A stretch of DNA of 32,000 nt from Flagellatimonas centrodinii (GTDB lineage: Bacteria; Pseudomonadota; Gammaproteobacteria; Nevskiales; Nevskiaceae), in contig NZ_CP092105.1 in the NCBI RefSeq assembly GCF_016918765.2, positions 79,160 to 111,159 of the forward strand, read 5' to 3'. Below the pieces are notes generated by a model. It saw only the letters and a program-made list of their open reading frames with translations, ran no database searches and was not told where the DNA came from. Of the stretch, positions 26,380-32,000 are shown piece by piece (position 1 is the first letter of the stretch; each line of letters begins with the position of its first letter). The translations under genes and the position numbers were made by a program.

Positions 26380-27596
26380 AAAGGCTTGCCATTGCGGCGG
26401 CGATCGCCGTGACGACGTCGACCGGTCACGCGCAGGGACTCGGGCCGGACTCCGCATCCGCCGACGTCGGCTTACTGTTCGACGTGGCTCTGCCCGACGA
26501 TCAGGGAAGAACCTTCAAGTACATTGACGGAACGGTTCAGTCGAATGTGCGAGTCGGTTGCGACGGAATGACGACTGGCAATCTAGGGGCCCAGGTCATT
26601 GGAGATGTGCAGTCCTTCATCACCTACTTCCAGTCGAACGTGGCGGGGATGGCGATCAACTTTCTCATCTACTCATCACCCACGCTGTACCAGCTCCTCG
26701 AGAACCTGAACATTCACAAGGACTTCCTGCGCGAGCTGAACGCTTTCAATTGCGCAAGCGTCCGCGACATGGCGAAAGATCGACGCAATTCGGAGATCTC
26801 AGAGGCAAAAAACAAGTGCATCGAGTCGGGTGAGGCGCCGGGGGCCTGCGATGATGGGGACCTGATCAAAGAGTACATGCCGGACGCAATGCGTGATCTG
26901 AATGATCGGCTCAAGGAGATTACGTCGGCCGCCGGGGACTTCGACCTGCAACAGACCATCAAAGAGTACCTTGGTCAGCTGGGAACGCTGCCACCTGGGG
27001 GCACCAGAACCGAAGTTCGCGATGATGGCGTGGCCAGAGAACTGGCGGAAGTCCGCGAGTCGATCAGCTTCAACATGGTCACAGTTCCAGAAGGAAGCGG
27101 CGACGGTCTGACTCGCTTCAACTTCGAACCCCCGAGAAAGAGCGTCCAGCAGGTCTTTGATGAGCGTGTGCCGAAGTATCGCGAGCTTCTCGACGCGGTG
27201 ACCTCTGCCGGCATGAGCGGGCAGGATCTGGATGAGGTCGCTGAGTTCCAGAGATTGAAGGCGGACCCGGCGTTCCCTGTACTCGACCGCTCAACTCTGG
27301 CGACCATGTTCGACATGCGGCGAAACATTCCTCTTCGCTATAAGGAAGTAGAGAAGGCTGCGGCACGGCGAATGACACTTGCGTACATTCGATTCGCCAT
27401 TGCTGAGCAAGAGGCGATCTACGCGAATCTGCTTGCGGGTGGTACTGGCGCCAAACTGGATCGAGTTGCTGAAGATGTAATCGTGTGGGTCGAGCGCGAC
27501 ATCAAACGACTGAAAGCACAGCTGCAACTCGAGGAGGTGCGTGTCCAGAACACCGACTACTTGAAGGGGCTTGAGCAGAAGCTGATCGGAATGTGA
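26376..27596 (+). CDS. Secreted Cys-containing transfer protein (406 aa)
   Basis: ATGA overlap with the upstream gene. Signal peptide MKRLAIAAAIAVTTSTGHA|QG. Its position between the thioredoxin-fold and TraG_N-like genes suggests a mating-pair formation component. The exact family was not recognised. Confidence 0.5.
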   Translation: MKRLAIAAAIAVTTSTGHAQGLGPDSASADVGLLFDVALPDDQGRTFKYIDGTVQSNVRVGCDGMTTGNLGAQVIGDVQSFITYFQSNVAGMAINFLIYSSPTLYQLLENLNIHKDFLRELNAFNCASVRDMAKDRRNSEISEAKNKCIESGEAPGACDDGDLIKEYMPDAMRDLNDRLKEITSAAGDFDLQQTIKEYLGQLGTLPPGGTRTEVRDDGVARELAEVRESISFNMVTVPEGSGDGLTRFNFEPPRKSVQQVFDERVPKYRELLDAVTSAGMSGQDLDEVAEFQRLKADPAFPVLDRSTLATMFDMRRNIPLRYKEVEKAAARRMTLAYIRFAIAEQEAIYANLLAGGTGAKLDRVAEDVIVWVERDIKRLKAQLQLEEVRVQNTDYLKGLEQKLIGM

Positions 27597-27597
27597 A

Positions 27598-29997
27598 ATG
27601 AACAAGCGACTTCTTAGCTGGCTGGCGGGGTCGGTTTCCAGCCTGGTATCCGGGGCATCATGGAGCCAGGCTGAAGTTGGGCGTGTCGAGGACACTGCAG
27701 TATCAGCAACAAAGGCTTTCCGGCCGTTCTTTGAGGATGGCAGACTGGCGCAGGATCTCGCCACCTACATAGGTCTCCCCTACCACAGCATCTTCGTGCA
27801 GGTCTTCTGGACCGTTGGCTTGCCGTTTCTCATTCTGGGGCTTGTTGTTCTCCTGTGGCGGGCGGTTTCAGCTGATTCGAGGGGCATGTTGAAGCACCTT
27901 TTCGGGCTGGCTCTCGTCCTTATCGTCCTGATTCCAGTTGACGGTACGGCGGCGTGGGTACAACGGTCCCTCTATCACAATGGAGGGGCGGGCGCGCCAC
28001 ACATTGATCTGAGCACCGGTGAGGCCGACCAACGCGAGCTGAGGGTCGCGCTAGGCGTTGTGGTCTTTAGTCGCGTCGTAAACTTCCTGGAGGGAGGAAC
28101 CTACTCCCTCCTCAAGGACGCGACCGCAGCCCAGCGCCGAATTAGTCCTCTCGGCGTATATCGAGAAATGGATATTGCCTACTTCTCGCTGTTCGGTGAG
28201 GAGAGTTTGCTGGCCCCAATTCGCGACTATTACCGGCTGTGTGGCAACGTTCGCACCCTCCCCGGTGCCGAAGGTATCGACGACGGCCAGTGGGACGCGG
28301 TGAGCCTCAACGGGACGGCGACTTTCGGTCGGGAATGGGTGGCTGGTCGACGCGACCTGAAGTCAAATCCGTTCTTCAACTTCGCCCGGGCGTGGTCCTC
28401 GCAAGCGAGCTGGGTTACAGGCAAGGTCTACTCGCCACTCTCTAAGCTGATGGACCAGGTCGAAGGGTATGCCGAAGGGTGGGACCGCGGCGAGGAGGCA
28501 CGCGCGCTGCTCGCCGGCTATAACCCGTACAGCTGTGGAGCGGACTGCGCGATGAACGAGCGCGGGTACCGGCCGCCGGATTCATCCTTCTGGAAGCAGC
28601 GGTTGACGACTGCGGCCGAGGATTCTGTTCCGATCGGGACCAGAACCATTGATTGGGGTGCGCGCTTCCAGCACCCCCAGGAATCCGGGGCGCCCGGTGC
28701 ATTCGCCACCAACTGCCTCGAGCTGTTCGAAATCGCTGATGCAGCCGTGACAGAAGTGTACGAAGCAGATCCCGGCTATGAGGAGTCGAGCATCACGGAT
28801 GACGTTATGTCGGCTGCGCGGAGCGCGAGGATGCTCGGGATCGTCACTGGATTGAACCAGCGCATCAGCAACTTCACCGATGCAGAAAGTGAGATCGGCT
28901 CGAGGACACTTCCGGGTCAAAAGATCGGGGCGGCTGATATGGGCGCGCTCGCCCGTTCTATTGACGCCGGCCTGAAGGAGTTCGGCCTACTCAAGAAGGC
29001 AGCACTGGCGTTGCCGGATGCGGTGATGATGGCCATTGGGATTTCGGCATTCGTGCCTATCCTGGTGATCCTTCTGCTGCCGATCGTCGCACTTGCCTCT
29101 GTAATCTTCGGCGCAACCTTCCCTCTCGAAACAAGCTTTCGTCTCATCATTATGGGCAAGCTGGTGGCACTGATCATGTACGTGATCATCCAGCTCGGAT
29201 CGGCGATTGGCGAGTTGCTTCTTGGATACTGGGAAGCATCCGCAGTAATCGACTACCAGACGACCTACCCGATTCTCCCTCTGGTCTATACGGCGAGGAC
29301 CGGCACGCTGCTGATGGCGCTCGGACTTCCTCCGGTATTGGCATACATGCTTGCCTTCAGCAATTCAAAGGCTCTCGGCGGGATCTCGACCACAAGACCC
29401 GGTTCAACCCTCACCAGGGATGGCATGCAGGTAGTGGGAACAGGAGTGGGCCTCGCTATGGGGGCGTCTCGACTGGGAATGATTGCTCGAGGTGCCGCGC
29501 CCAAGGCCGCCGGCGGTGGTGGCGGTGGTGGTGGTGGCGGTGGTGGCGGTGGTGGCGGTGGTGGCGGGCATGGTGGTGTGCCCATTCCCTCTGGCAGCGG
29601 AGACTTCTTCCCCAGGCAACTCATGAACTCAGGGCAGCCATGGTCGAAAGACAACCCGGGCCTGGTTTCGGGGAAGTGGGTTGCCCCCCCGGGAGGTCAT
29701 CCACGCTCGGCTCCTGGGTATACGCCCGGCCGCAGCTCCTCAGGTCCCGCTGGCAGTTCAGGAGGACGTAGCGGACAACAGTCGGGACAAGCTGCGGGAC
29801 CGCCCCCGGCCGCGGCGGCAACTCGCTCCGAGCTGTCGAATGCCACCATGACCGGCTCCAGGACGCCCGTACAAGCGCCGTCGATGGCTGGTCAGCCTCG
29901 ATCGACCGATCGGGCGAGTCCCCCTGCGGGCGGCGCCACTCAGACCACACAGATTCCCGGTACCGCAACGTCCCGCACTCGGAATACTGATCGGTAG
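27598..29997 (+). CDS. TraG_N-like polytopic membrane protein (mating-pair stabilisation type) with a Gly19 tract and a low-complexity tail
   Basis: 799 aa with multiple TM helices at both ends of a large loop. It is the last big gene of the cluster, as TraG is in F-like and GI-type systems. The C-terminus is rich in G, S, P and T. Confidence 0.55.
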   Translation: MNKRLLSWLAGSVSSLVSGASWSQAEVGRVEDTAVSATKAFRPFFEDGRLAQDLATYIGLPYHSIFVQVFWTVGLPFLILGLVVLLWRAVSADSRGMLKHLFGLALVLIVLIPVDGTAAWVQRSLYHNGGAGAPHIDLSTGEADQRELRVALGVVVFSRVVNFLEGGTYSLLKDATAAQRRISPLGVYREMDIAYFSLFGEESLLAPIRDYYRLCGNVRTLPGAEGIDDGQWDAVSLNGTATFGREWVAGRRDLKSNPFFNFARAWSSQASWVTGKVYSPLSKLMDQVEGYAEGWDRGEEARALLAGYNPYSCGADCAMNERGYRPPDSSFWKQRLTTAAEDSVPIGTRTIDWGARFQHPQESGAPGAFATNCLELFEIADAAVTEVYEADPGYEESSITDDVMSAARSARMLGIVTGLNQRISNFTDAESEIGSRTLPGQKIGAADMGALARSIDAGLKEFGLLKKAALALPDAVMMAIGISAFVPILVILLLPIVALASVIFGATFPLETSFRLIIMGKLVALIMYVIIQLGSAIGELLLGYWEASAVIDYQTTYPILPLVYTARTGTLLMALGLPPVLAYMLAFSNSKALGGISTTRPGSTLTRDGMQVVGTGVGLAMGASRLGMIARGAAPKAAGGGGGGGGGGGGGGGGGGGHGGVPIPSGSGDFFPRQLMNSGQPWSKDNPGLVSGKWVAPPGGHPRSAPGYTPGRSSSGPAGSSGGRSGQQSGQAAGPPPAAAATRSELSNATMTGSRTPVQAPSMAGQPRSTDRASPPAGGATQTTQIPGTATSRTRNTDR
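29512..29568 (+). repeat. GGY trinucleotide tract encoding 19 consecutive glycines
   Basis: Read directly: 19 uninterrupted GGC/GGT/GGG codons in frame with the 27598 ORF. Confidence 0.9.
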
Positions 29998-30057
29998 TGT
30001 CGTAAGTGACTAGGTTCGATGGTGGCGGGCTGCCATATAGTGGGCAGGAGATCAATC

Positions 30058-30858
30058 ATGCGAACCTCGTTTTTCTCACTGCCTATCATTATCGGAATCG
30101 CCGCGCTCTTGTGGTTCGGGGCTCAGGCTGCGGATGTACTTCGTGAATACCCGCGCGTGCAGAATGCGGACAGTTTGCCTGGTGAGCTGCTGAGGATAGG
30201 CCCGGTCAGCGACAATCCTCCGCCGATCTACTGGATTCAGACCCGGATGTCGCAGGTTCAGGCGCGTAAGACCAAAGGCATGCTCCACAGATATGCACCT
30301 GTTCCGTGGGACCAGGTGACGGGCCGGTGGGTCCTGATGGTCATGGCCCACCAGGGGGAGTTCGACCGCAAGTTTCTGACTGATGAGGAGTTGCGGCGTC
30401 TCGGGTACTGGACCCAGTTCGTCCGAGCAGAGTTCAGAGCGCGCTTCGGAGCGATGGCTGAAGTCTGGTTCGTCGAGCTGGGCGAGGTCAGCAATCCCGT
30501 CGCCGGCATCGGCAGCAACGCGTTGCTTCATGGTTGCGGTCGCACCGGTTCGAGTTGGTGCATGGACCGGTTCCTGATTTCGCAGGTCGCGGGAGACGCC
30601 GACTACGCAGATGGGCAGTGGGCGTCGGTCCCGGCATGGCTGATGCAAGTGGTCCACCCGCAGCTGGAGCTGGATGATGTAGAGGCTGCTCGGGCGATGC
30701 TCAATAGGTCCATGTCGCCGTGCCTATTGGCTGTAGATCCTTCGGGCGTTCTCTGGGCACTTGATGATCGCACCGCGAGCTGCATTGGAGATCGCGGGGT
30801 ACAGCAAGTCTCTGACAGGATCGAGGAACTAGCAAAGCGGTGGGAGAGGACTCAGTGA
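30058..30858 (+). CDS. Secreted hypothetical protein (266 aa)
   Basis: Preferred ATG is 30058, with GGAG 7 nt upstream. Signal peptide MRTSFFSLPIIIGIAALLWFGAQA|AD. Confidence 0.5.
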   Translation: MRTSFFSLPIIIGIAALLWFGAQAADVLREYPRVQNADSLPGELLRIGPVSDNPPPIYWIQTRMSQVQARKTKGMLHRYAPVPWDQVTGRWVLMVMAHQGEFDRKFLTDEELRRLGYWTQFVRAEFRARFGAMAEVWFVELGEVSNPVAGIGSNALLHGCGRTGSSWCMDRFLISQVAGDADYADGQWASVPAWLMQVVHPQLELDDVEAARAMLNRSMSPCLLAVDPSGVLWALDDRTASCIGDRGVQQVSDRIEELAKRWERTQ

Positions 30859-31523
30859 CTTTTGATTCGAAGGACTTCGCAATTCCGAATCGTCAGCTTC
30901 GTACTCGGATACTGCTGGCCACCGTTCTTGCGCTCGCCGGTGGGACAGCATGGACGTACGGAAGTGACCCGGCATCTGCTGCCTACGATTGGCACATGGT
31001 TTTGCAGGACGCTGCCGATCGGATGAACGCACTGCGTCGAATTGGCTGGACCGCCGTTGTCGCCTCGATTTGCGTTCTCCTCGGGAATCCACGACTCATG
31101 CTCGCAGCCGCGGCGATTGGCTGGGTCGCGTCATGGGGGCATGTGGAGTATGGCGTTCGCACCGGGTACGAAGGTCAGGTTCACACACGAGATAGCGGCT
31201 ATGTGATTGGCACGGTTGGCACATTTGGACCCAGCCATCTTCGCGAGCAGGCGGCGCGACTGGAGCGCATTGACGAGGGGCTGGTGCCATTCGCCAAAGC
31301 GCTTGCTTCATCGGGGGGCGGAGCAGACCTGATTGCCGGGATCGAAGCTCGAAGCGGCAGCGAACGCGGGCCCATTGATCGCCTTCGCGGACGCTACCAA
31401 ACCTCGGCGCCGGTCAACTGGAACTCCGTCGCCGACGTGGACCGGGGTTCACCTTCACTCAAGCATCGCGAGATCAGACAACCGCAACTGATTTGCCGGA
31501 CAGGGAGTGCAGTCTCATGCTGA
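30855..31523 (+). CDS. Membrane protein (about 222 aa)
   Basis: GTG 30855 forms a GTGA overlap with the upstream stop and has GGGAGAGGA 5 nt upstream. Hydrophobic helices: ILLATVLALAGGTAW, AVVASICVLLG, MLAAAAIGWVASW. Confidence 0.45.
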   Translation: MTFDSKDFAIPNRQLRTRILLATVLALAGGTAWTYGSDPASAAYDWHMVLQDAADRMNALRRIGWTAVVASICVLLGNPRLMLAAAAIGWVASWGHVEYGVRTGYEGQVHTRDSGYVIGTVGTFGPSHLREQAARLERIDEGLVPFAKALASSGGGADLIAGIEARSGSERGPIDRLRGRYQTSAPVNWNSVADVDRGSPSLKHREIRQPQLICRTGSAVSC

Positions 31524-32000
31524 CAGACTATCGTGGTGCTTCCCTGTGGGAGGCTGATATTGCAGCTCGCGTCGGCCGGATACCGCGGCACCAATGTGTT
31601 GTATTCGGCTTCGAGGTAGATCTCGCCGAGCCGGACCAGGTTCGTCTCACGCGTCGGCCCTATAGCGTCCAGGACGTGCAGGCTGATATCACGTTCCTGT
31701 GCCCGGGCATAGATCCGGCTTCCCGAGCGTGTCGCGCATGGGCTGCGCTTGCCAACGCGGATGTCCTGCCATCGCGCGGATTGATCATCTCCGCGCCCCG
31801 AGCTGTCTGGCTACGCATGACCGACGACGACCTTCTCGCGCGTGGAAGCGACGGCGTCAGACCTCGTCGAGTAGGTTTTGGAAGGGCGGTATTGCGGGAC
31901 CAGGATTGGGATCTCGCTGTCTGCCGCGAGATGCACTTTCATCAGGCGGGGGCGACTCGTGGGCCCTTGCGGCCAGCGCCCTCGGCGTTTGCGGTCGCCG
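31518..32000 (+). CDS. Hypothetical protein, 3' end outside the window
   Basis: ATG 31518 overlaps the upstream TGA (ATGCTGA). I translated this frame by hand and found no stop up to base 32000. It is probably absent from the ORF track because it is open-ended. Confidence 0.4.

Overview
GC-rich, gene-dense window that looks like part of a proteobacterial conjugative element (ICE or conjugative plasmid). No tRNA, rRNA, CRISPR array, integrase or transposase was seen. Layout: (i) 1-2600: the 3' part of a KfrA-like coiled-coil DNA-binding gene, a TM + DUF2726-like + zinc-ribbon gene, and an orphan. (ii) 2775-8344: a cargo block on the + strand. It holds a patatin-like phospholipase with a small basic partner gene and a strong terminator, then a translationally coupled trio of SPFH/band-7-like membrane protein, lipoprotein and RecG-like SF2 helicase. 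(iii) 8394-10298, minus strand: an orphan plus a protein that I align, from memory, to the Tus replication-terminator family. (iv) 10299-10508: a highly structured divergent intergenic region with a perfect 19-bp inverted repeat, a 38-nt homopyrimidine run and G4 motifs on both strands. (v) 10509-32000: one long + strand operon. It opens with a RecD2-architecture protein whose ATPase motifs are degenerate. This is followed by a type IV coupling protein and a conjugative T4SS set (pilin-like, TraE/K/B/V-like, VirB4/TraC ATPase, lytic transglycosylase, thioredoxin-fold protein, TraG_N-like protein). Gene order resembles the ICEHin1056/ICEclc GI-type lineage, but this is from memory and unverified. 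The best candidates for something undescribed are the Tus-like gene with its flanking repeats, the SPFH-lipoprotein-RecG-like operon, and the membrane-inserted patatin module. All family assignments come from motifs read in the supplied translations; no database search was run.
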